A stretch of DNA of 64,000 bases, taken from assembly GCA_965215015.1 (NCBI GenBank), contig OZ244042.1, positions 1,120,001-1,184,000 of the forward strand, written 5' to 3'. Source of the stretch: Candidatus Poribacteria bacterium (GTDB lineage Bacteria; Poribacteria; WGA-4E; PCPOR2b). Of this stretch, positions 23,685 to 32,662 are shown piece after piece (within the stretch, counting starts at the first letter, position 1; every line of letters starts with the position of its first letter). The position numbers and the translations under genes were made by a program. The notes beneath the pieces were generated by a model, which saw nothing but the letters and a program-made list of their open reading frames with translations, did no database searches and had not been told where the DNA came from.

Positions 23685-24896
23685 TTGGGAGTCTGTGCGT
23701 GCGAATACCTTCCTCGTGGGCACCTGCAAACACCTATAAATATGAATAAGCTCCGATTGTATTATTTACATCTCACGTTTTACGCAATACGCAACTTCGC
23801 AGCTCCGGTCATCACACTGTTACTTCTTCTGAGTGGAGGAAATCTCGCATCAGCCCAAGTCATCAACGAAGATTTTCGCGCGTCAGCAGACGCATTCCTC
23901 AGGAGGCTCTCGTCAGCAGAACATCTCAGGATGGAGCGGAGCTTTGTCAATTCAATTTCAGGGATAAATGCTCTCAACAGCAATCCTGCCGGACTCAGCT
24001 TTATTGATACCAGCCGTTTTACCACGCACGTTTCACGATTTCCGCGTACTGTCGCCATCATTGCAAAGCTGAACGATATTGAACGATATGAAGACCACAG
24101 TCAGTACGCACTTCGCGCATCAGGCATCGAATTTATAAACTATAGTAAACCGTTGGGGAAGACAGGAGGCTTTGGGTTCGATTTCGCAGTGGGACACGAG
24201 GGACGATTTAGCCGCGTCAACCATCTTGGAAAAGCGACGAACAGTTTCCCTGAAACCGACTTCGTCATTGGATTGGGTTATGCGGTGAAGCTGTTTCGAG
24301 GATTCGCATTCGGTGCCGATGCTAGGTGGCTGCGATCTAAAGTGCAGGATGCTGAAGGCGGACGACATATTGGACACGGTTACGTCTATAATTTGGGACT
24401 GATTCAGCAATTGGGCAAATATCTCCGCATCGGTGGCGTGATTAGGAACTTGAGCAACGGATTGTCATTCACGCATAACTCTATTCCCGATCGCATCCAC
24501 CGAAACGTTCTTTTGGGTGGAGGATACCAACTCTATCATAAAGATGTATCTATTCAAATCGGTCTCGATCTGAACCCACCCTTTGAAAATGGCGTCCGAG
24601 CAAACCTTGGCGGAGCTGTCTGGTATCGTGGCTTCATCGGTGGGAAAATAGGGTATCTGCGTCATACCGAAAAACGGTTCGGTTCAATCCTCAACCTCGA
24701 AACAGAGCAAATTGAGTTTGAGGATAGACTCTGGAAAACTGAAGGACTGACACTGGGGCTTGGTTTACAGGTTCGTGGGATTTATATAAACGCAGCCTAT
24801 ACGCCGCAGATGCACCCGACAGAAAATGACGGAGAGCAGATTCGCATTGAAACCGGTAAATCCGTATACGCATTTTCAATCGAGCAGCGTTTCTGA
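23685..24896 (+). CDS. PorV/FadL-like outer-membrane beta-barrel protein (likely start 23742)
   Basis: NPAGL motif, amphipathic beta strands, terminal Phe, signal-peptide-like N-terminus. Confidence 0.6.
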   Translation: MGVCACEYLPRGHLQTPINMNKLRLYYLHLTFYAIRNFAAPVITLLLLLSGGNLASAQVINEDFRASADAFLRRLSSAEHLRMERSFVNSISGINALNSNPAGLSFIDTSRFTTHVSRFPRTVAIIAKLNDIERYEDHSQYALRASGIEFINYSKPLGKTGGFGFDFAVGHEGRFSRVNHLGKATNSFPETDFVIGLGYAVKLFRGFAFGADARWLRSKVQDAEGGRHIGHGYVYNLGLIQQLGKYLRIGGVIRNLSNGLSFTHNSIPDRIHRNVLLGGGYQLYHKDVSIQIGLDLNPPFENGVRANLGGAVWYRGFIGGKIGYLRHTEKRFGSILNLETEQIEFEDRLWKTEGLTLGLGLQVRGIYINAAYTPQMHPTENDGEQIRIETGKSVYAFSIEQRF

Positions 24897-24911
24897 GAGA
24901 AAGCAAGGAAA

Positions 24912-25152
24912 ATAGAGATTGCACATTCGGTCAATGGTATACCAATTCGTCTGACTGACGCAAGCTAGCAACACATTGTGAGTAATAGACCTTACATACA
25001 ATCCTTATGATGAAGAGGTTGAGGTACTCTATCTTCATTTTAAGAGGCTGCCTGCTTTCAACCATAGTGAAATGCGCGAGGATGGCATCATCTTGGCTGA
25101 CAACGATGACCGTCTGAGCGGGGTAACAATTCTGAATGCATCTAAATGGTGA
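24912..25152 (+). pseudogene. Decayed two-gene toxin-antitoxin-like module (partner N-terminus + DUF2283 C-terminus)
   Basis: After AAGGA: (ATA)EIAHSVNGIPIRLTDAS*QHIVSNRPY. A second frame reads YDEEVEVLYLHF...HSEMREDGIIL...LSGVTILNASKW*, matching the DUF2283 pattern YD.E.D.LY..F...GI.IL.AS. Confidence 0.6.
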
Positions 25153-25243
25153 CAAGTGAGAAATGCGACAGCACCAAAATGGTATTAGCCTGCACAAACC
25201 GCGGATTCTCTATCCTACTCACGCTTCACGTTTTAGGTCCACT

Positions 25244-25858
25244 ATGTCAGATCAATACAAAACCATCGTTGGGGTGGCAGAATCAAAGTTAGTGGTCAAA
25301 AAATCGCGCTTCTTTGGGCTTGCGACCTCCGTTGATACGATACAAGGCTCAAAAAGGTTCTTAGTGCTTGTCCAAGAAAAGTATCCCACCGCCTCACACT
25401 ACTGCTACGCATATAGTATCGGATGGGGGCATGAAAAACGCGAATATGCCACGGATGCCGGCGAGCCGAGAAATTCCGCAGGGCCCCCAATTTTAGCAGC
25501 TGTGACAACCTCTCAACTCTCCAATGCTATCTGTGTTGTTGTCCGTTATTATGGCGGCATCAATCTTGGCATCGGTGGACTCATTCGAGCGTACGGTCAA
25601 TGTGCGAGGGAATGTTTAATCGGCGCAAAAATTGAAACTCAGATTTTTTACAAAACACTACAGGTGCAGATACCTTATGAACAGATTGGTTCGGTCCTCA
25701 AACTGTGCAACAGATTGAGAGGAAGGGTGATAAATGTCGAATATGATCAACATGCAACTGCACATCTGCAAATTCGTCAACGGGAAGTTGAAAACTTTCA
25801 CGAAAATCTGCGAGGAATCAACTCCGATATTGACGTAATTGATCTTGCGACTGTATAA
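25244..25858 (+). CDS. yigZ: IMPACT/YigZ family protein
   Basis: KKSRF, ASHYCYAY, DAGEP..SAG, VVVRYYGGINLGIGGLIRAY; likely start is the ATG at 25244. Confidence 0.9.
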   Translation: MSDQYKTIVGVAESKLVVKKSRFFGLATSVDTIQGSKRFLVLVQEKYPTASHYCYAYSIGWGHEKREYATDAGEPRNSAGPPILAAVTTSQLSNAICVVVRYYGGINLGIGGLIRAYGQCARECLIGAKIETQIFYKTLQVQIPYEQIGSVLKLCNRLRGRVINVEYDQHATAHLQIRQREVENFHENLRGINSDIDVIDLATV

Positions 25859-25914
25859 TCTATCAGTTGAAAATCTTGAGTGTGTAGACATTAAGCAATA
25901 CGGGGGGAATAATC

Positions 25915-26349
25915 TTGAGCGAGGGTAAAAAATTCACAACTACACATGAATGGATTGAGGTTGGCGAAAGCGACGGGGTCGTTGGGATCACCGAACGCAT
26001 CCAACTAGAATATGGTGATATCGTCTTTGTTGAGCTGCCTACAGTTGGCGACGAATATGAGCAAGATGAGCCACTCGGTAGGGTAGAAGTGACTGATGGT
26101 AACACGTTTCCTGTCCATGCACCAGCGACCGGAGAGATTAAAGAAATCAACACCACACTCGAGGAAGATCCGGAGCTGATCAATCACTCTCCTGAAGGGG
26201 ATGGCTGGATTTGTCGGATAAGCATCGAGAGTCCTAGAGAGCTCGACATATTGATGGGTGCCGATGCTTACAATGACTATGAGGAAGAAGAACTCGACGA
26301 TGAATACATGGATGAGGAAGATTTTTACGATGAAGATGAGGCTTATTGA
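25915..26349 (+). CDS. Glycine-cleavage H-protein-like protein lacking the lipoyl lysine, with acidic tail
   Basis: HEWI, VGIT, GDIVFVELP and PELIN.SP..GW are present, but the ESVK motif is replaced by EVTDG. Confidence 0.8.
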   Translation: MSEGKKFTTTHEWIEVGESDGVVGITERIQLEYGDIVFVELPTVGDEYEQDEPLGRVEVTDGNTFPVHAPATGEIKEINTTLEEDPELINHSPEGDGWICRISIESPRELDILMGADAYNDYEEEELDDEYMDEEDFYDEDEAY

Positions 26350-26461
26350 CTGCGTTCAGCAAAGTGCACGGGAGCCGGAGGAAAAATTTGCAAGAATCTT
26401 CTACTATACTCCTCGCCCTGAATAGAATCTCCATCCTTCTCCTGCAATACAGAGGATCTCT

Positions 26462-28207
26462 ATGTCATTAGTCAGATTAGACCAAGTCACAAAATCGTAT
26501 GACCCTTACCTCATTCTGGACGAGGCCTCTTTGTCAATTGAGCATGGTGATCGGATTGGACTCATTGGGAAGAATGGGACCGGTAAAACGACGCTGGTTG
26601 AAATTATTGCCGGCATAATCGAGGATTTCAAAGGGGATATAGGGTATGCGAAGCACCTGCAAATCGGGTATCTCAGCCAAGAGCCTGATTTGGAAGCTGA
26701 TTGCTCACTCCGGCAGGAAATGCTCAAAGTCTTTCGGGTACGGCGGGACTTGGAAGATGAGATGCTTCTGCTCAGCGAAGAGATGGCAGAAGATCCCGAC
26801 CTGCTCAACAAATATGCACAGCTGCAAGAGCAGCACGAACGCATGGGCGGTTACGACTACGAATATCAAACAAATCGGACGCTAGGCGGATTAGGATTTC
26901 ACGACAGCGATTTTAATTTGAAAGTTGGTGTGTTGAGCGGTGGCCAGAAAAGTCGTGCCGCGCTCGCCAAACTGCTACTCGAAGATCCAGATCTGTTATT
27001 GCTTGACGAACCTACCAATCATCTGGATATCAAAGCGATTGAGTGGTTAGAAAACTTCCTGAATACCGAATATCAAGGGGCGGTCATCCTCGTTTCCCAT
27101 GACCGCTACTTTTTGGATCGGATTGCCCGCAAAATTGTCGAATTACGAAACCATAAGCTCAAGGAGTACCCCGGAAACTACACCAAATATCTCGAAATCA
27201 GACAAACTGAAAAAATAGCGCAAGAGCGGGAATATAAAAAGCAGCAACAGTACATCGCTCACGAGGAGGACTTCATCCGTCGCAATATGGCTGGGCAACG
27301 CACGCGAGAGGCGCAAGGGCGGCAGAAGTTGCTCGATCGGCTTGAACGGGTAGAAAAACCAGAGACCTATGAGAAAACAATCAAACTCCGCTTCACGCCG
27401 GATGTACGGGGCGGAAACGACATTTTGCAATGTCGGAACTTGGGGAAGCAATACGGCGATAAACAAATCTTTGAAGACGTGAATCTGGAGATCTACCGTC
27501 AAGATGTTGTTGGTATCATTGGTCCCAACGGCGTCGGAAAAACGACTTTGTTCCGAATGATACTGGGAAATGAACTGCCAACTTCGGGGGAGTTGAAGAT
27601 TGGGCACAACCTCCGCTTTGGATATTACGACCAAGAACTTGCAGGCCTCAACCGAGACAACACAATTATTGATGAAATTTGGGCATTGCGCCCCACACAG
27701 AAACAGGGTGAAATTCGCAGTTTTCTCGGACGGTTCCTCTTCTCCGATGATGAGGTGTTCAAATGGATTGACGACCTCAGCGGAGGCGAACAGAGTCGTG
27801 TCATGCTCGCCAAGTTGCTCTTGGAAAACGCGAATGTGCTCCTACTTGATGAACCGACAAACCACCTAGACATACCGTCACGTGAAGTCCTTGAAGAGGC
27901 GTTGGCAGAGTCCCCGGCAACCATCTTTATGATTTCTCATGACCGCTATTTTCTGAACAAACTCGTCAACAAACTGTTGGTCTTTGAGAATGGAACAGCG
28001 AGGTTATTTTTCGGAACTTACGCTGAATATGAAGCTCATGCCCGGGAGCAGAAGCGGGAGGGGATACAAGCGAAGGAGGAGACGGAGAAAGCGAGAAAGG
28101 TAGAGAGACAAGAAAAACAGCAGAGGGAGAGGCTGCGGATCGCTTCAAGTTCAAAGCGATCCAAGAAGAAGCGGCGGGTGAAAGCACAACGCGTGGCTGA
28201 TGTATGA
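26462..28207 (+). CDS. ABC-F family ribosome-associated ATPase
   Basis: Two ABC domains (GKNGTGKTT, LSGGQ, LLDEPTNHLD; GPNGVGKTT, LSGGE) and no TM segments. Confidence 0.92.
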   Translation: MSLVRLDQVTKSYDPYLILDEASLSIEHGDRIGLIGKNGTGKTTLVEIIAGIIEDFKGDIGYAKHLQIGYLSQEPDLEADCSLRQEMLKVFRVRRDLEDEMLLLSEEMAEDPDLLNKYAQLQEQHERMGGYDYEYQTNRTLGGLGFHDSDFNLKVGVLSGGQKSRAALAKLLLEDPDLLLLDEPTNHLDIKAIEWLENFLNTEYQGAVILVSHDRYFLDRIARKIVELRNHKLKEYPGNYTKYLEIRQTEKIAQEREYKKQQQYIAHEEDFIRRNMAGQRTREAQGRQKLLDRLERVEKPETYEKTIKLRFTPDVRGGNDILQCRNLGKQYGDKQIFEDVNLEIYRQDVVGIIGPNGVGKTTLFRMILGNELPTSGELKIGHNLRFGYYDQELAGLNRDNTIIDEIWALRPTQKQGEIRSFLGRFLFSDDEVFKWIDDLSGGEQSRVMLAKLLLENANVLLLDEPTNHLDIPSREVLEEALAESPATIFMISHDRYFLNKLVNKLLVFENGTARLFFGTYAEYEAHAREQKREGIQAKEETEKARKVERQEKQQRERLRIASSSKRSKKKRRVKAQRVADV

Positions 28208-29297
28208 GAAGCATTTGGAAACTATCAACCGCATCAAAAAGGAGACCAGAGCCTTGACACCAGAGTTGTCGGACATAAATCTTCATAATGAAGCCCTCGT
28301 CATCGATTCTCACAACGATACGATTGTCGGCCATATCCGTCGAGGGAATATCAGTATTTCGGATCGGGAGACTCCCGACCGTGTCCAGCATGACGGAACA
28401 ATCGCCTATATGCGCGGTCCCCTCGATTCCGCAGCCAGCCAGATGGATGTCCAGATCAATCTACCGAAGATGCGTCAGGGCGGGGTTGACGCCGCCTTTT
28501 TCGCAATTGATGTAACGCGAGCGTGGAAGAATCATCTTAGCTATGCCCTAGATGCCATCGGCTTTTTTAGGGCGGAAGTTGAGACCCACACCGATGAAAT
28601 CATCATCGCAGAGACAGCGGAAGATGTTCGGAAGGCAAAAGCGGCGGGCAAACTTGCTGCAATTTTGGTTATTGAGAACAGCGACGGTGTGGAGCGAAGC
28701 CTGAATATCCTGAAAAGCCTCCACCACCTGGGCGTCCGATCTATTGGACTGACCCACGACCCAACCTCATGGGCAGCAGCGGGCAACGCTGAAACGGATA
28801 GCGGCGGCGGACTCACCCGATTTGGCGTCCAACTAGTGAAAGAGATGAACCGCCTGGGGATGCTTGTTGATGTCTCCCACATCAGTGAACGGGGCTTTTG
28901 GGACGTGCTGGAAGTTGCTGAACACCCTGTAATCGCTTCCCACAGCAACTGTAAGGTGCTCTGCGGTCATCCGCGCAACCTGACCGACGAACAGATTAAG
29001 CGCATCGCCGAAAACGGCGGCGTTATCGGCGCGACCTTCGTAACATGGTTTATTGACGACGATACCCCTTCGTTTTCCCGTTATCTCGACCATATCGATC
29101 ACATCGTCAATCTGGTCGGAGATAACTACGTTGGCATCGGATCCGACTTCGATGGCGGCGGCGAACAACTCAAGGATGCGACCGAGTTCCCGAAAATTAC
29201 TGAAGGGCTGCTAGAGCGGGGCTATTCGCCGGAAACGATCCGGAAAATCCTTGGGGAGAATCATCTGCGCGTATTTGCCGACGCCTGTCGAGGGTGA
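28200..29297 (+). CDS. Membrane dipeptidase (peptidase M19)
   Basis: IDSHND, LVDVSH, IASHSN, RNLTD, VGIGSDFDG. Confidence 0.92.
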   Translation: MYEKHLETINRIKKETRALTPELSDINLHNEALVIDSHNDTIVGHIRRGNISISDRETPDRVQHDGTIAYMRGPLDSAASQMDVQINLPKMRQGGVDAAFFAIDVTRAWKNHLSYALDAIGFFRAEVETHTDEIIIAETAEDVRKAKAAGKLAAILVIENSDGVERSLNILKSLHHLGVRSIGLTHDPTSWAAAGNAETDSGGGLTRFGVQLVKEMNRLGMLVDVSHISERGFWDVLEVAEHPVIASHSNCKVLCGHPRNLTDEQIKRIAENGGVIGATFVTWFIDDDTPSFSRYLDHIDHIVNLVGDNYVGIGSDFDGGGEQLKDATEFPKITEGLLERGYSPETIRKILGENHLRVFADACRG

Positions 29298-29421
29298 GTG
29301 CCGCGCATTTTCTTCAGAATCAGAACGTGATGCTGAAGATGAATACGATGAGGTTGAAGCCGACCTATATTCTGATGAATCGGAGGACGAGTGATAACAA
29401 TAAATGTCACCGTGCAATTCC

Positions 29422-30189
29422 CTATAACTTCCCACGCAGCACCAAACGATCTGTCATCGCCTCACCCTTACCATTAAGCGTACCGGTCGGCATATAGTGG
29501 ATGACCATCGCCCGACGCCTCCGCTGTGACCGATTTGGGTTGGTCTGATGTAGCATCAGACAGTGATGCACCATCCCGTACCCCGCTTTGAGAGGTACAG
29601 GTGCCCCCCGACCTTCATCCACATTTGCTTGCAGCAACGCGGGAAGTTTCCCTTTTTCTGATACCGCACGGTCGTGATCTGGGGCACTTTCCAAATGGCT
29701 GCCGGGAATAACGTTCATACATCCGTTCTCTGTATCGGCATCATCGAGTGCCATCCAGATACTCACGAGGTTGGACGGTGTACAGTGCCAGTATCCGTTG
29801 TCTTGATGCCACGGCACTTCGCCGCCGTGACGGGCAGGCTTACATAGGGCTTGATCGTGGAACAACTGGATATTAGGACCAATCAAGCTCTCGGCGATGT
29901 CCAACAACGGTTCATGATAGAGCAGCTTGCGGTACACCTCATCGTAACGCCACATTTCCATAATCTGTAGCATCTCCTCCGAACGGTCTGCGGTTTCGTC
30001 CTGCTCTGAGTCACCGACGAGAGCGAGGTTGCGTAGCCCTTCACCGGTTGTGCCACGTTTTTTCGCAAACAACACATCGTAACGTTCGCGCAGCAAATCG
30101 AGGTGATCATCTGCGATGAGGGGGTGTGAAATTTTGAGATACCCTTTCTCTTGAAACTGTTCGACCTGTTGTGCCGTGAGTTTCATCAT
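29422..30189 (-). CDS. Phytanoyl-CoA dioxygenase (PhyH) family protein
   Basis: F.EKGY, WHQD, WMALDD...NGC, H..LMLH...N.S..RR. Confidence 0.92.
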   Translation of the reverse strand: MMKLTAQQVEQFQEKGYLKISHPLIADDHLDLLRERYDVLFAKKRGTTGEGLRNLALVGDSEQDETADRSEEMLQIMEMWRYDEVYRKLLYHEPLLDIAESLIGPNIQLFHDQALCKPARHGGEVPWHQDNGYWHCTPSNLVSIWMALDDADTENGCMNVIPGSHLESAPDHDRAVSEKGKLPALLQANVDEGRGAPVPLKAGYGMVHHCLMLHQTNPNRSQRRRRAMVIHYMPTGTLNGKGEAMTDRLVLRGKL

Positions 30190-30392
30190 GTTCTCCTTTA
30201 ATATTTCAATTTTGCTTTACGCGCACTCGTATTTGATGGTATACTTCGCATACAATAAGCTTTTGATTCCTAACGAGGTTGCTATGAAAACACTAGCCGC
30301 ATGTTATATCTGCTTACCTTGCCGGGTGTGATGCAATTGTTGCTTATGATGGTCATTTTCAAGAAGCGACAGAATAGTCTTCTCCGTGAATC

Positions 30393-31376
30393 TTACAACA
30401 TAACCGGCTCCCTAATCTCCGCTGACCGCTTCACCGCACGACAAATCGCCACCGCTTTCATGCCCGCTTCCCCACTTGCCCGCGGTTCGCTTCCCGTCTG
30501 AACGCACTCGATAAAATGCTCAATCTCTGCACGAAACGAATCAAAATTCGGGTAGTTTTCCTCCTGCAAAGCCTCCGGATCGTTTCGGAAAGCATAACGC
30601 AAAGTCTCCACGCGATCAAACCCGCCTGTCACCTCAGCGACGCCGTTTTCATTGGCGGCGTAGAAATCCTCAAATATAAATCCTCCCATCGAAACCATGC
30701 CTGCGTTGACAACTCCAAGCGCGCCGCTTTTGAAGCGTAGAGTAAACATCGCGCAATCAATCTGCGGCTTCCGGTGCGGCGCAAAGAATGTTCCACCTTC
30801 GGCATAAACCCGCTCAACATCTCCCATCAGAAAGCCCAGAATATCTGCGGCGTGCACGGCGTTTTCGAGAATCGGGCCGCCGCCATCGTCCTCTGCCCAG
30901 AACCAATCTTTGTTTGACATTCCCGGATGTGGATACCGATGGACCATGTACTGAATCGGGCCAAACTCATCTTCCGTTATTTCCTTCAAACGTCGGAGCG
31001 GTGGGACAAACCGTTTCTTATGCCCGATCTGCAAAATAACACCCGTTGATTTGCAGATATCAATCATCTCCTGACAATCCGCAACCGTGCTCGCCATCGG
31101 CTTCTCACACAGTACGTGCAGTCCACGTTCTGCCGCTGCACGGGTTAACGCCAGATGAATCTTCGGCGGTGTACAGATGCTGATTGCTGTCAGAGCCTCC
31201 GTATCCAGCATCTCCTCCGTGGAGGTATAACCCTTGACGCCGTACTGTGACGCGAAATCATCCGCGATTTGCGGGACAATGTCGCAGACGCTGACCAACT
31301 CCGCGTCAGAACTATTAGCCCACCGATCAACATGGGCGCGACCAACGCCCGCTAATCCAATTACTGCAACTTTCAT
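30393..31376 (-). CDS. Gfo/Idh/MocA oxidoreductase
   Basis: KVAVIG..G.G, HVLCEKP, GGGP.LE..VH..D. Confidence 0.92.
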   Translation of the reverse strand: MKVAVIGLAGVGRAHVDRWANSSDAELVSVCDIVPQIADDFASQYGVKGYTSTEEMLDTEALTAISICTPPKIHLALTRAAAERGLHVLCEKPMASTVADCQEMIDICKSTGVILQIGHKKRFVPPLRRLKEITEDEFGPIQYMVHRYPHPGMSNKDWFWAEDDGGGPILENAVHAADILGFLMGDVERVYAEGGTFFAPHRKPQIDCAMFTLRFKSGALGVVNAGMVSMGGFIFEDFYAANENGVAEVTGGFDRVETLRYAFRNDPEALQEENYPNFDSFRAEIEHFIECVQTGSEPRASGEAGMKAVAICRAVKRSAEIREPVML

Positions 31377-31615
31377 GCAATTCTCCTAGTATATTAGACC
31401 GTTTCTGAATAATTTTGTCACATCATCCGGGGGGATTGACGAGGGGGTACAGGAGTTCAGTAGTCTCTGTATGCCCTGTAGTTTAACAGAGGGGATTTGT
31501 AGAGTCAAGGCAAAGGAGGGTGAAATTGAACGATAAAACTTGACAACACATAATGAATCTCATACACTAAAGCCCGGCAGCCATTCTAAGTTGTTCATGG
31601 GAGGAGGCGTCTACA

Positions 31616-31849
31616 TTGATCTGTCCCAAATGCGGCGGTAAGGTACAAACGCTTAAAGACGAATCTGCATTTTGCCTAGATTGCGAATGGGATAATCTAG
31701 AGCAAATCCCCCAATCGGGGCAACGGGTGGATTGCAAGCATCTGTGGGTTTTACAGGTAAACCAAGCCGATGGAACATCGCAGTGGCGGTGTGTACACTG
31801 CTCTGAACGTCGTGATTTTCAAATGGCATTGATGTATCTCAGACCTTAG
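31616..31849 (+). CDS. Small Cys-rich double zinc-ribbon protein
   Basis: CPKC/CLDC and CKH/CVHC; GGAGGAGG RBS before TTG; upstream TTGACA-17-TACACT (31540..31568). Confidence 0.65.
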   Translation: MICPKCGGKVQTLKDESAFCLDCEWDNLEQIPQSGQRVDCKHLWVLQVNQADGTSQWRCVHCSERRDFQMALMYLRP

Positions 31850-31927
31850 CATAGACAAATGAGCAAACAAGTCAATCATCTTACACATTATATCTCACGT
31901 TTCTAAAGAGAATAGGGGGATTATTCT

Positions 31928-32650
31928 ATGGGGTTTTCACTAGCGGATAAGGTTGCCATTGTAGTTGGAAGTAGCAGTGGCATGGGAAGAGCAACTGCTA
32001 CCACTTTTGCTAAAGCAGGGGCAAAGGTGGTTCTAGCTGCACGGAGTGCCGATAAGCTCGCAGCGTTGGCGGAAGAGATTGGCGAGAATGCGATCGCCTG
32101 CCCGACCAATGTTCAAAATGTAACAGCCGTAGATAGGCTCATTGCAACAACGTTAGAACACTTCGGACGAATCGATGTGCTCGTCTACCTCACCGGCACC
32201 AACATTCCCGAACGGAGTCTTGAAGTGTTATCCAATGAAACGTGGGATATGATGATTCAGACGAATCTGACCGGAGCGTTTTACTGCACGAAAGCGGTCC
32301 TACCAACGATGCGCGATCAAAAGGATGGCTTGATTATCTATGTCTCTAGTGGAGCGGTGCAGCGTCCCGATACCTCTGGCGTCTCCTATCAAGCAACCAA
32401 GCACGGGATGGTCGGTCTCGCTCACGGCACGTTCCAAGAAGAAAAAGAAAACGGCATCCGCACCTCAATGCTCTTCCCCGGTTTGACCGATACACCCCTC
32501 GTCCTGCAACGTCCAGTGCCAACCCCACCCGAAGTGATGGCAAAATCCCTACAACCACAGGATGTTGCAGATGCGTGTCTATTGGTTGCTTCACTGCCAG
32601 CGCGGGTTTATGTTCCGGAGTTAATTATGCTGCCTACGGGCTTGGCGTAG
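31928..32650 (+). CDS. Short-chain dehydrogenase/reductase
   Basis: GSSSGMG, RIDVLV, YQATK catalytic motif. Confidence 0.92.
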   Translation: MGFSLADKVAIVVGSSSGMGRATATTFAKAGAKVVLAARSADKLAALAEEIGENAIACPTNVQNVTAVDRLIATTLEHFGRIDVLVYLTGTNIPERSLEVLSNETWDMMIQTNLTGAFYCTKAVLPTMRDQKDGLIIYVSSGAVQRPDTSGVSYQATKHGMVGLAHGTFQEEKENGIRTSMLFPGLTDTPLVLQRPVPTPPEVMAKSLQPQDVADACLLVASLPARVYVPELIMLPTGLA

Positions 32651-32662
32651 TCTGAATCACGA

